Notes: generated by a model from the sequence alone, not told the origin. Counted from the stretch's first letter, positions 33,050-42,215 are shown. The stretch: 64,000 bases of DNA from Thermoplasmatota archaeon (GCA_040751795.1 JBFMHR010000003.1:1-64000), one strand, 5' to 3'. Made by a program: numbers and translations.

Positions 33050-33194
33050 CGGGCCCGCGGGGATTTCCGAGACTAGTCTGTGAGGCATAGTCATTCGAAC
33101 CCCGGGCCACCTGCTTAAAAGGCAGATGCTCTTTCTAGGGAAACCGATACATCGAGAATGCATGAGATTTCCTACCTAGCTGAGCTACGGGCCC
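33050..33194 (-). tRNA. tRNA-Lys(UUU) with two non-canonical introns (41 nt in D-loop at 33133-33173; 30 nt in T-loop at 33064-33093)
   Basis: Removing both inserts gives a 74-nt cloverleaf GGGCCCGTAGCTCAGCTAGGTAGAGCATCTGCCTTTTAAGCAGGTGGCCCGGGGTTCGAATCCCCGCGGGCCCG; both inserts form BHB/BHL-type junctions. Confidence 0.9.
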
Positions 33195-33361
33195 TGGGCG
33201 GCGTGGATACCCTAGGCTGCGTTAGCAGGCCGTGTAGTCTCTTCGAGTATTTAATGACTCCTTTCAATCCACCCCTTTCCCACCGGAGGGGGCGTTGTCC
33301 GTGTTTTTTAGGGCCGAATTGAATATAATTACGGTAATAAATCATCGGTTCTCAGCAACTG

Positions 33362-33871
33362 TTATGAAGGTTTCCCATGCGACCTCGTGTCATGCCGACC
33401 GGCCTGACCCTCCCGCCCCGCCGCCGATGAGAGCACCTCCCTGACGTATGCCCGGACCATGTCCTCCCAGCGCGGGGAGAGCGGCCCCCTGATGGAGACC
33501 ACCCCCACCTTCAGCACGGGCGTGTGGACCCTGACGCCCCTCGAGCGCGCGATGTCGTGCATCTTCGCGGCGGCGCTCGCGCCGTCCTCGTCGATGATCC
33601 CCTGCATCCCGGTGTCGAACGCCGCGACGCTCCTCCCGCCCCAAGCCTCGGGGTCGAGGCGGCTCACCACCTTCCTCATCCTGCCCGTCATCGTCCCGAG
33701 CCTCGTGGGCGATCCCAGGAAGAGGATGTCCCCCGTGACGGGGCGCCTGAGCGCGTCCTTCGCCCTCACGACCTCCGCGGAGTGGCCCTCCTCCTCGAGG
33801 ACCTGAGCGAGCATCCTTGCGACGAGCTCCGTGTTGCCGTAGACGCTGTCGTAGACTATGGTCCCCTTCGT
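33362..33871 (-). CDS. Flavodoxin-domain protein, apparent ACG start
   Basis: IVYDSVYGNTE FMN loop, LGSPT, AAFDT; ACG-AAG-GGG follows a GAGGGG SD. Confidence 0.8.
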   Translation of the reverse strand, partial: TKGTIVYDSVYGNTELVARMLAQVLEEEGHSAEVVRAKDALRRPVTGDILFLGSPTRLGTMTGRMRKVVSRLDPEAWGGRSVAAFDTGMQGIIDEDGASAAAKMHDIARSRGVRVHTPVLKVGVVSIRGPLSPRWEDMVRAYVREVLSSAAGREGQAGRHDTRSHGKPS

Positions 33872-33945
33872 CGCGGCCCCCCTCGGCCATGGTGCTATAG
33901 GATTATATACAGATAGGCTATTCCTCAGCCCCGAGGTAGGAGAAT

Positions 33946-34116
33946 TTGGAAGGCCAGGAGAAGGTCTGCTCCTCATGCGGCATCCGTCTCGTCAGGAAGA
34001 CGGAGACCACGTTCCGGTGCCCGAAGTGCGGGCAGGCCGAGATCGGACGGTGCATGAACTGCAGGGATCAGAGCGTGCACTACAGGTGCCCCGCGTGCGG
34101 GTTCGTCGGCCCGTGA
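33946..34116 (+). CDS. HVO_2753-like double zinc-finger small protein (56 aa, absent from ORF track)
   Basis: TTG start; CSSCG...FRCPKCG...IGRCMNCR...[11 protein letters not shown]; usual position upstream of EF-1beta. Confidence 0.9.
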   Translation: MEGQEKVCSSCGIRLVRKTETTFRCPKCGQAEIGRCMNCRDQSVHYRCPACGFVGP

Positions 34117-34126
34117 GGTGTTTTCC

Positions 34127-34393
34127 ATGGGAGAGGTCGGCCTCCAATACAGGGTCCTGCCCGAAGGGCTCGAAGTGGACCTAGACAAGCTCGAGAAGGA
34201 TATCAGGGCGAAGCTGCCTGCGGGCGCGGTCCTCAAGGCGGCGGAGAAGAGGCCCGTCGCGTTCGGGCTCAAGGCGCTGCACGTGCTCATAGTCCTCGAC
34301 GACAAGAAGGGCGGGGCGGAGCAGGTCGAGTCGGCCATAGCCGAGGTGCCCGGCGTGCAGAGCGTCGAGATAGTCGAGATGGGGCTGCTCTGA
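34127..34393 (+). CDS. ef1b: Elongation factor 1-beta
   Basis: MGEV...VLPE, PVAFGLKAL, GVQSVEI. Confidence 0.93.
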   Translation: MGEVGLQYRVLPEGLEVDLDKLEKDIRAKLPAGAVLKAAEKRPVAFGLKALHVLIVLDDKKGGAEQVESAIAEVPGVQSVEIVEMGLL

Positions 34394-34411
34394 GGGGCCG
34401 CCCGTTCCGCA

Positions 34412-35023
34412 TCACTTCTTCTTAGGCTTGGCCTTGGAGGCCGGCGAGGCGTAGGACCTCAGTATGTCCCTGAGCTCCCCCTGCAGCCTGACGCTCTGGG
34501 CGTAGTGCTCGTCGTCCTGGGAGAGGAGGTGGGCGAACTCCGTCATGGACTGCTTGGTGAGGAAGGGCACGTCCCCCATCTCGCCGATCTTGTCCGACCA
34601 CTCGTGGGTCTTGCAGCAGCTCTCGATGTCCTTGACCAGCTTCGCGACCTTGGCGACGGCATCCGTCTCGGGGTTGAGCAGGAGCCCGAGCTTGGCGAGC
34701 CCCTCGAGGGTGGCCTTGGCCTGCTCCTCGTAGGTCTGCTTCCGGGCGGCCTCGCCGTGGGCGAGCATGAACATCTCCGCGGCGGACCTGTAGTACGTCT
34801 CTATGAAGTGGCCGACGCGCTCCTCGCGGGCGACCTCGACCATGCCCGCGGCCTTCATCTTCCTGATGTGGTGGTAGATCGCCTGAGCGGTGAGGCCCAT
34901 CTCGGACGCTATCTGGCTGACGGTCATCTCCTTGACCCTGAGGAGGTAGATCACCTTCCTCCGGGTCTCATCGGCCAGCAGCTCGAACGCCTTGGGGTCC
35001 TTGATGGTCTTGATGCTCTTCAG
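34412..35023 (-). CDS. ArsR-like winged-helix transcriptional regulator, apparent CTG start
   Basis: KDPKAFELLADETRRKVIYLL...MTVSQIA...IYHHIRKM...ETYY; CTG follows a GGTGAT SD and an in-frame TGA lies three codons upstream. Confidence 0.85.
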   Translation of the reverse strand: MKSIKTIKDPKAFELLADETRRKVIYLLRVKEMTVSQIASEMGLTAQAIYHHIRKMKAAGMVEVAREERVGHFIETYYRSAAEMFMLAHGEAARKQTYEEQAKATLEGLAKLGLLLNPETDAVAKVAKLVKDIESCCKTHEWSDKIGEMGDVPFLTKQSMTEFAHLLSQDDEHYAQSVRLQGELRDILRSYASPASKAKPKKK

Positions 35024-35206
35024 GACTAATCACCGTTAAAACATATTGTATCGCTGTAATATAATGCTTTTCGCACTAACATGTCGTTTTCCGTACTATC
35101 ACAACCATGTTGCTGATTAAAACGATGGTTTTATTAGGTAAATCTGCTATTAGCACCATGACAAGGAGCTGAGCGAGGTGTACGCGAAGAACACCGCAGG
35201 AGTCCC

Positions 35207-35584
35207 ATGGGCTCGGACGTATCGGGTGCGACCAGTCGCGCTCTCTGGGATCTGGATGAAGGCAGAGATAGCCTCGAGGGGGCGCGCGATATGAGCCTGG
35301 GGCACCACGTACTCCCCTCCGCCAGGAGGGTCGACGCCGAGGTCAGGCGGTACGTCCGGTCAGAGTACGGGGAGAGGGACCCGTGCTGGTTCTCCTCCGC
35401 ATGCGCCGGTGGCCCGCCCAAGGGGTGGGCCGCGGAGCGTGCGGCGGCGGGGGCTGTTGCGCCCCTCGCCATGCGCGGCGACAATGCCCGCGCGGAGCGC
35501 TGCTGCCCTGTCCTGAACGCTCTGGGCGACAACCGGCTCACCAAGGGGCTGGCCTCGAGGGGTGGGGTAGCTGGAGAGCCTTGA
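35207..35584 (+). CDS. Hypothetical protein
   Basis: ATG after AGGAG, divergent from the ArsR gene; no recognised motif. Confidence 0.4.
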   Translation: MGSDVSGATSRALWDLDEGRDSLEGARDMSLGHHVLPSARRVDAEVRRYVRSEYGERDPCWFSSACAGGPPKGWAAERAAAGAVAPLAMRGDNARAERCCPVLNALGDNRLTKGLASRGGVAGEP

Positions 35585-35690
35585 GGAGCAGGGCACGCGG
35601 ACGTGCAGCTACTGCGGCAGGAGCTGCGACTGCGGCTCCGCCCAGTGCCCCAAGTGCGGCAACGTCTTCCGCAAGGAGCGGAAGGGGTAG
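35571..35690 (+). CDS. Zinc-ribbon microprotein (39 aa), apparent CTG start
   Basis: (M)ESLEEQGTRTCSYCGRSCDCGSAQCPKCGNVFRKERKG; G-rich SD and in-frame TAG immediately before the CTG. Confidence 0.6.
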   Translation: MESLEEQGTRTCSYCGRSCDCGSAQCPKCGNVFRKERKG

Positions 35691-35865
35691 CCGTGCAGAC
35701 CTGACGATCACCTGCCCCGGGCGCCACACACCTCTCTCATTCTGACGCGAACCCCCGAAACCGCGAAGGACGGCGCCCGGGGCCAAACCGCCCCGCCCAT
35801 CGATGATGTCCAGAATAAGGTAGCAAGAGGTTTTCGGAAGGGGTTTATGACCCGGACCGGCCGGC

Positions 35866-37266
35866 TCACGCCTTCGGCGGGGGCTTGATGAAGCCGCCCT
35901 TCATCAGGTACTTGGTCTGGTCCCTGGCCCTCTTGATGATCGCCGAGGCCGTGTCGTAGAGCTCCTGCCTGCTCTTCTTGACCCTCGCCAGGCCCTCGTT
36001 GACCGCGGCCGTGCCCACCGCGGCGGCCTCCCTCGGGAAGACCTCCCACTCGTCCATCGTCGGGACGATGTAGTCCTCCCTCAGGCCGTTGTCCTCCGCG
36101 GTCTTGGCGATCTCCAGGACCGCCGCCAGGCACATGGTGTCGGAGATGGTCTTGGCCTTGACGTCCAGGGTACCCCTGAATATGCCGGGGAACCCGAGCG
36201 AGTTGTTGACCTGGTTCGGGAAGTCGGACCTCCCGGTCGCGACTATCCTCGCGCCGGCCTCCTTCGCCTCCCACGGCCATATCTCGGGGATGGGGTTCGC
36301 GGTGGCGAACACGATGGAGTCGTCGGCCATGCCCTTGATCCACTCGGGCTTGACCGTCCCGGGGCCCGGCTTGGACGCGGCGACGACGATGTCGGCGCCC
36401 TTCATCGCGTCGGCCGGCGTCCCGACGACGCCCTCCTTGTTGGAGTGCTCGCACATGAACCACTTCTCCTTGTACTCGGCCTTGGTGTCCAGCCTGCCGG
36501 AGTGGAGGGTGCCCTTCGAGTCGCACATGATCATGTTGCCCCACTTGAAGCCGGAGACCTGCATGATCCTGGATATGGCGATGTTCGCGGCGCCCGCGCC
36601 GATGAACACGGCCTTCATCTCCGACGGCTTCTTCCCGACCATCTTCGCGGCGTTCACGGCGCCCGCGGCGACGATCGTGCCGGTGCCCTGCTGGTCGTCG
36701 TGCCAGACGGGGATCTCGCACTCGGCCCTCAGGCGCTCGAGTATGTAGAAGCACTTGGGCTGGGAGATGTCCTCGAGGTTGACGCCCCCGAGCGACGGCT
36801 GCAGCACCTTGACCGTCTCGATGATCTTCTCCGGGTCCTTCGTCCCGAGGCAGATCGGGTACGCGTCCACGCCGCCCAGGTACTTGAACAGGAGCGACTT
36901 GCCCTCCATGACGGGCATGCCCGCCTCGGGGCCGATGTCGCCCAGGCCCAGGACCCTGGTGCCGTCGGATATCACACCGACCGTGTTCCACCTGTTGGTG
37001 TGCACGTACGACAGGTCCTTGTTCTTGTTGATCGCCTTGCACGGCTCGGCCACGCCGGGCGTGTACCAGATCGCGAAGTCGTTGAAGTCCCTCACGGCGC
37101 ACTTGGGGACGACCTCGATCTTCCCCTCGTAGAACGGGTGGTAGACCATGGCGAGCCTCGCGGGCTCGTACGCCTTCTTCAGGAGCTCCTCGACCGACGC
37201 CGGCTTGGCGGCTGGCGCGGCCTTGGGCTCGGCCTTCTTCTTAGCAGCCTTCGTTTCCTTTGCCAT
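35866..37266 (-). CDS. NAD(P)-dependent malic enzyme
   Basis: YTPGVA, PVMEGK, NLEDI, HDDQQGT, GAGAA, TGRSDFPNQVNN. Confidence 0.93.
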   Translation of the reverse strand: MAKETKAAKKKAEPKAAPAAKPASVEELLKKAYEPARLAMVYHPFYEGKIEVVPKCAVRDFNDFAIWYTPGVAEPCKAINKNKDLSYVHTNRWNTVGVISDGTRVLGLGDIGPEAGMPVMEGKSLLFKYLGGVDAYPICLGTKDPEKIIETVKVLQPSLGGVNLEDISQPKCFYILERLRAECEIPVWHDDQQGTGTIVAAGAVNAAKMVGKKPSEMKAVFIGAGAANIAISRIMQVSGFKWGNMIMCDSKGTLHSGRLDTKAEYKEKWFMCEHSNKEGVVGTPADAMKGADIVVAASKPGPGTVKPEWIKGMADDSIVFATANPIPEIWPWEAKEAGARIVATGRSDFPNQVNNSLGFPGIFRGTLDVKAKTISDTMCLAAVLEIAKTAEDNGLREDYIVPTMDEWEVFPREAAAVGTAAVNEGLARVKKSRQELYDTASAIIKRARDQTKYLMKGGFIKPPPKA

Positions 37267-37488
37267 TCGATTCAACCCCTCTGTATCCGCATCATCGTCG
37301 AAACTCGTTGGTCAAGCTTACACGTTCGCGCAACGGCGACGGCGGTTTGTTGCGCTTCTTGCTACCAGCACAGGATAATTTCGACGGATTAATAGGTTGT
37401 TATCGTACCTTCCCGCTCAGAGGCGGGTCCGCCAGACGTCCCTCCGAGAACTGAACATATTATGAGGGCAAATCGATTCGGAACGGAC

Positions 37489-39114
37489 ATGAGGGTAGTG
37501 CTCCTCGACGGATACACGGACGAGCCCGCCTGCCTCGGCGTGCCCCCCTACGTCTCGCCCTACGTCAGGCTCTGCTACGGCGCGGCGAAGGACGCCGGCG
37601 CGGAGGTCCGCTACCTGACGGTCGACCAGTGGAGGGCGGACCCTGGCTCCCTCCCATCCGGGGACCTCCTGGCCGTGGTCAGGAATGTGGCGGTCCCGGG
37701 CAAGTACATCAGGGGCATGCCCGCGAGCGACAGGGAGCTCGCCGCGGTATGCGGCGCGTTCGACGGCCCCAGGGTCGCCAGCCTGGGGGTGGGCCCCGGG
37801 CAGGCGCCCGAGGCGTTGGTGGACTCGTTCGACATGATAGTCGAGGGGGACCTGGACGCGGCGGTGCACGGCGCGGTCGCCGAGAAGGCCCTCGAGGACC
37901 GCAGGAGGACCGCCGCCGAGTGGAACTCGTGGCTGGTGAAGGGGGCCGCGCTCTGCGCGGAGCACCCCGACATATGGGGGCCCCTCACCGCCGAGGTGCA
38001 GACATACCGCGGCTGCGTCAGGTACATCTCGGGAGGGTGCAGCTTCTGCGTCGAGCCGCTGTACGGACGGGTCGACTTCAGGGAGGCGCGGGACATCGCC
38101 GAGGAGGTCCGCGCGCTCGCCCGCGCGGGCGTGCGCAACTTCAGGCTGGGCGCGCAGTCGTGCGTGTACTGCTACGGCTCGAAGGAGGTCGGGTCCTCGG
38201 AGACCCCGAGGCCGGACCCCGGGGCGGTGGAGTCGCTCCTCAGGGGCGTCGCGGAGGCCGCGAGGCCGGAGGTGCTACACCTCGACAACGCCAACCCCGC
38301 GGTCATCGCGGAGCACCCGGAGGAGGCGCGGGAGGTCACGAAGGCGATAGCCGAGCACTGCACCAGCGGGAACGTCCTCGCCTTCGGGCTGGAGTCGGCC
38401 GACCCCGCGGTGGCGAGGGCCAACAACCTCAACTCCACGCCGGAGCAGACGCTGGAGGCGGTCAGGCTGGTCAACGAGGTCGGGGGGCGGCCGGGCCCGA
38501 CCGGGCTGCCGGCGGTGCTCCCCGGCATCAACCTGCTCTGCGGGCTCCTCGGGGAGACCAAGGGCACCTACGACCTCGACCTCCAGTTCCTGAAACGCGT
38601 CCTCGACGAGGGGCTCCTTCTCAGGAGGATCAACATAAGGCAGGTCGTCCCGTCGCGGCAGGAGTTCCCCGGCGTGAGGCACAGGGACGCCTTCGCCTCT
38701 CTCAAGAGGCGTGTCAGGGAGGAGGTCGACCTGCCCATGCTCTCCAAGGTCGCGCCCGACGGGGCCGTTCTGAGTGGCGTGTACACGGAGCTCAGGGAGG
38801 GCGGGAGGACCTTCGGCAGGCAGGCCGGGAGCTACCCGCTGCTGGTGGGCCTCCCCTACCCGTTCGAGGTGGGGAGGAAGGTGGACGTCTGGGTGAACGG
38901 GCGCGGGCCGAGGAGCGTCGGCGGCCTCGTGCACCCCACCGACGCGAACACCGCCACCCTGTCGATGCTCGGCGCCGTGCCCGGCATAGGCAAGAAGAGG
39001 GCCATGGCCATCGTGCGCAGGAGGCCGTTCGGGGGCGAGGAGGAGCTGTGGGCGCTGTTCGACGAGCCCGTGGCCCTCGAGTCGGCGAGGCGCCACCTCA
39101 AGGTCGGGACGTAG
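37489..39114 (+). CDS. Radical SAM protein with C-terminal HhH (COG1031-like)
   Basis: LDGYTDEPACLGVPPY, RGCx7CSFC, LHLDNANP, LRRINIRQV, VPGIGKKRA. Confidence 0.87.
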   Translation: MRVVLLDGYTDEPACLGVPPYVSPYVRLCYGAAKDAGAEVRYLTVDQWRADPGSLPSGDLLAVVRNVAVPGKYIRGMPASDRELAAVCGAFDGPRVASLGVGPGQAPEALVDSFDMIVEGDLDAAVHGAVAEKALEDRRRTAAEWNSWLVKGAALCAEHPDIWGPLTAEVQTYRGCVRYISGGCSFCVEPLYGRVDFREARDIAEEVRALARAGVRNFRLGAQSCVYCYGSKEVGSSETPRPDPGAVESLLRGVAEAARPEVLHLDNANPAVIAEHPEEAREVTKAIAEHCTSGNVLAFGLESADPAVARANNLNSTPEQTLEAVRLVNEVGGRPGPTGLPAVLPGINLLCGLLGETKGTYDLDLQFLKRVLDEGLLLRRINIRQVVPSRQEFPGVRHRDAFASLKRRVREEVDLPMLSKVAPDGAVLSGVYTELREGGRTFGRQAGSYPLLVGLPYPFEVGRKVDVWVNGRGPRSVGGLVHPTDANTATLSMLGAVPGIGKKRAMAIVRRRPFGGEEELWALFDEPVALESARRHLKVGT

Positions 39115-39176
39115 CCCCACTGCAACAGTCACATTATAGTAATGAGCACCCGATTCGAGTCGGGGAGTCGAAGAGC

Positions 39177-40208
39177 GTGGACGTCCGGAGAGCCGCGAAG
39201 TACCCGTTCCTGAAGGATGCGTCGGCCTACCTGAAGGAGTCCGGGATCACCCTGGACAGCCTGACCAACAGCGTCGCCTACCAGCGGGCGCGCTTCATGG
39301 GGAAGGAGAGGGTGATGGAGGCGGTCGACGGCGGCATCATAGACGACCACCCCATGGCCTCCGCGGGGGACGCCAACAACGAACTGCTGAGCTACCCCGT
39401 CGCGAGGATGATCGTGTCGGCCGTCGCCGACCCGATGCTGGTTAACAGGTACGCCATCGCCGAGGCGAAGAAGGCGGACGAGAGGCTCAGGGGCGAGGAG
39501 CTCCCCTTCATAAAGGCCGTCGCTGAGGAGCTGGGGCTCGACGTGGCCGTGGAGGACGGGGCCATCTCGGTGGACTTCGCCGCCTTCCTGCGCTTCACCG
39601 CGACCATGCGCAGCAAGGACTGGAAGCTCGTGAACCAGCAGGTCGTGGGCGGGAGAGTCGTGGTGACGAAGCACAGGCTGGTCAGGCTGATCCAGCAGAT
39701 GCTCACGGACAAGATATCCTCCGAGCTGCCGCTGCCCGTGAACGACGGCATAATGCAGGCCTTCTCCGCGGACATCGCCGAGATCGGCGGGATCATGGCC
39801 GAGAAGAGGGCGGAGTTCAAGGCCAGGAGCATGGGGAGGGTCTCGATAATCAGGTTCCCCCCGTGCATGAAGAAGATGCTCAAGATGATCCAGGGCGGCG
39901 AGAACCTGCCCCACTCCGGGAGGTTCGCCCTCGTGTCGTTCCTCCACAAGCTCGGCATGAACTCCGACGAGGTGCTCGAGACATTCTCCTCGGCCCCGGA
40001 CTTCGACGAGAGCAAGTCCAGGTACCAGATCCAGCACATAACCGGGGAGATCTCAGGGACGGAGTACACGCCCCCTGAGTGCTCGACCATGAAGAGCTAC
40101 GGGATATGCTTCGACCCCGACTCGCTATGCAAGCAGGAGTGGATGACCCACCCGCTCACCTACTACAAGGCCAAGGGGAGACGGTTCAAGAGACCGTCAG
40201 GGAAGTGA
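39177..40208 (+). CDS. priL: DNA primase large subunit
   Basis: KYPFL, WKLVN, FPPCM, NLPHSGRF, YTPPEC and Fe-S cysteines. Confidence 0.93.
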   Translation: MDVRRAAKYPFLKDASAYLKESGITLDSLTNSVAYQRARFMGKERVMEAVDGGIIDDHPMASAGDANNELLSYPVARMIVSAVADPMLVNRYAIAEAKKADERLRGEELPFIKAVAEELGLDVAVEDGAISVDFAAFLRFTATMRSKDWKLVNQQVVGGRVVVTKHRLVRLIQQMLTDKISSELPLPVNDGIMQAFSADIAEIGGIMAEKRAEFKARSMGRVSIIRFPPCMKKMLKMIQGGENLPHSGRFALVSFLHKLGMNSDEVLETFSSAPDFDESKSRYQIQHITGEISGTEYTPPECSTMKSYGICFDPDSLCKQEWMTHPLTYYKAKGRRFKRPSGK

Positions 40209-40817
40209 CTTCCAGATCATGTGGGCGCGCTGGACCGCGGTGACGTTCCCCGCGACCCCGAACCATATCATCATCCACCCGATGAGCGAGGAGTCGAACA
40301 GGTCGGTCGCCTCGGACACGCCGAGGGAGACCAGCACGTACTGGACAATGGGCACGACGATCAGGAGGACCAGCCTGTCCGCCCTCCCGAGGATGCCCCT
40401 GTACTCGCGCCTCAGGCCCAGCGCCTGCGCCTGCGTGCCCATGTAGCTGGCGAGCATCACGCCTATGACCGCGAAGAGTCCGGTGAAGAGAGAGCAGTAG
40501 GGGCTCAGCGCTATGCCCGCGAGTATGAAGACGTCCGCGTACCTGTCGATGACGTGGTCCACGAAGTCGCCGCGCTTCGACTCCTTGGCGGCGAGCCGCG
40601 CGACCTTCCCGTCCAGGGCGTCGAGCAGGCCGTTCATGCCCACCATCGCGGCCGCGAGCAGCAGGAAGTGCTCCGGCTCCCACGTGAAGAACAGGCCGGC
40701 GAGGAACGCGAAGAGCAGCGAGGCGACGGAGAGGTGGTGGGGGTTGATCCTCGCGAGCCGCCTGGCCGCGGGCGAGAGTATCTTGTCGGCCTCGCCCCTG
40801 TAGCTCTCTAGAACCAG
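40197..40817 (-). CDS. CDP-alcohol phosphatidyltransferase (archaetidylinositol phosphate synthase-like), apparent CTG start
   Basis: DALDGKVAR...GDFVDHVIDRYAD motif; frame extends to CTG-GTT-CTA (VLESYR...INPHHLS) after a GGAGGT SD. Confidence 0.88.
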   Translation of the reverse strand: MVLESYRGEADKILSPAARRLARINPHHLSVASLLFAFLAGLFFTWEPEHFLLLAAAMVGMNGLLDALDGKVARLAAKESKRGDFVDHVIDRYADVFILAGIALSPYCSLFTGLFAVIGVMLASYMGTQAQALGLRREYRGILGRADRLVLLIVVPIVQYVLVSLGVSEATDLFDSSLIGWMMIWFGVAGNVTAVQRAHMIWKSLP

Positions 40818-41323
40818 TCCAGAACCTCCCTGCTCCAGTCAACATGGCCGACTGGATATTTCTGGATTTCTCCCGCGGCTATCTTCTCGATGGCCGCCGC
40901 GACCTCCGCGGGCTTCATACCAGTGGTGTCCACCTCGCACACCTCCGGGACGCTCTCGACCGCCTCGACGAGGATCACGTCGACGGCCTCCGCCTCGACG
41001 TTCTCGCGGACCTTGGCCTCGGGCCACCCCTTCTTGGCGAGCCTCCTCCCGAGGACCTTCGGGGAGCACCTCAGCACCACCGCGACGTCCACGTCCAGGA
41101 GGTGCGAGAGGTGCCCCTCGAGGAGGAGGTCGCCCTCCAGCTTCGACACGGCCTTGGCCAGCCTCCGGACGTCGACCTCCTTGGTCCTCCGCCCCTCGTC
41201 GAAGCCGACCACCGCGCCGCAGCTCTCGGCGAGGTCGTTGACGTGCACGACCTTGAGCGTCCGCACAAGCTCGGACGCCGAGGTCTTGCCCACGCCCGGC
41301 GTCCCTGTGACCGCGATCCTCAT
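40808..41323 (-). CDS. Adenylate kinase-like protein (AK6/Fap7 family)
   Basis: TGTPGVGKTS, LEGHLSH, KVRENVEAE. Confidence 0.9.
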   Translation of the reverse strand: MRIAVTGTPGVGKTSASELVRTLKVVHVNDLAESCGAVVGFDEGRRTKEVDVRRLAKAVSKLEGDLLLEGHLSHLLDVDVAVVLRCSPKVLGRRLAKKGWPEAKVRENVEAEAVDVILVEAVESVPEVCEVDTTGMKPAEVAAAIEKIAAGEIQKYPVGHVDWSREVLDWF

Positions 41324-41353
41324 GCCGACCATCCATACGAGCGTCGGGAGATA

Positions 41354-42163
41354 TCAAGGCTCACACGCGCGCCCGCCCAGCTCCTCCGCGAAGGCGAGGG
41401 CCATCGCGCTCCTCCTCATCCGCGCCTCCACGGCCCGCCTTATCCCGACCGCCGCGCGCGGATCCACCGGGAACCCGATGCCGCAGTCTATGTCCATGAG
41501 GACCAGGTACTCCGCGGGGGCGAGGCCCACCCTCACCGGCCTCTTCCCGGCCTCGGGCCCCATCGACTCCAGGTCCATCCTGCCCGAGCTGCCCTCGTTC
41601 ATCATCCAGACGATCCTCCGGACCATGTTCCAGAGGAAGCTCTCTGCCCTGAAGTCGACCGCGTAGAACATCCCGGAGTCGGAGACGTCGATGGAGTCGA
41701 TCCTCCTCACCGGGTTCCTGTCGTCCTTCCTCGCGTAGCCGGAGAAGTCGTGCACCCCGACGAACCTGGACGCGACCTCCCTCAGGAGCGCGGGGTCCTG
41801 GCCCGACCTGGGCAGGTGGTACCTGTACCACCGCTGCCTCGCGGCGCGCGGGTTGAACCCGTCCGGGACCTTGACGGCGGAGAAGGCCCAGACGTCCTCC
41901 ATCTCGGAGTTGATGGCGGAGCAGAGCGACCCCAGCGGGAAGGAGGTCCTGAACGACACGATGTTGCCGAGGGCGCTCACCCCGCGGTCTGTCCTGCTCG
42001 AGCTCCTGTAGCCGCACTCGCGCGGCGAGCTTATCGCGCCGACCCTCGCGAGCGCGTGCACGAGGGCGCCCTCGACCGTGGCGCCCTCCGGCTGCCTCTG
42101 GAAGCCGAGGAAGCTCGCGCCGTCGTACGCGAACTTGAGCGCCACCCTCTCGTCCTGGGACAC
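41354..42163 (-). CDS. truA: tRNA pseudouridine(38-40) synthase
   Basis: AYDG...GFQRQP, SRTDRGVSA, GVHDF, FLWNMVRRIV. Confidence 0.93.
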   Translation of the reverse strand: MSQDERVALKFAYDGASFLGFQRQPEGATVEGALVHALARVGAISSPRECGYRSSSRTDRGVSALGNIVSFRTSFPLGSLCSAINSEMEDVWAFSAVKVPDGFNPRAARQRWYRYHLPRSGQDPALLREVASRFVGVHDFSGYARKDDRNPVRRIDSIDVSDSGMFYAVDFRAESFLWNMVRRIVWMMNEGSSGRMDLESMGPEAGKRPVRVGLAPAEYLVLMDIDCGIGFPVDPRAAVGIRRAVEARMRRSAMALAFAEELGGRACEP

Positions 42164-42215
42164 GTCCGTGTCATCTGCTACAGGGTTAAATACATGCGGC
42201 ATCCGTGCTGGGGGC

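Noticed and set aside
32975-33163. 62-aa ORF upstream of rpoH
   Set aside because: It overlaps the intron-containing tRNA-Lys and has no coding features.
37629-40208. 859-aa ORF suggesting a large PriL fusion
   Set aside because: The N-terminal part is an off-frame shadow of the radical SAM gene; PriL motifs begin at GTG 39177 after its own promoter-like tract.
40817-40826. CCAGAACC resembling an IS6 IR
   Set aside because: Short chance match inside the adenylate kinase gene, without the rest of the IR.
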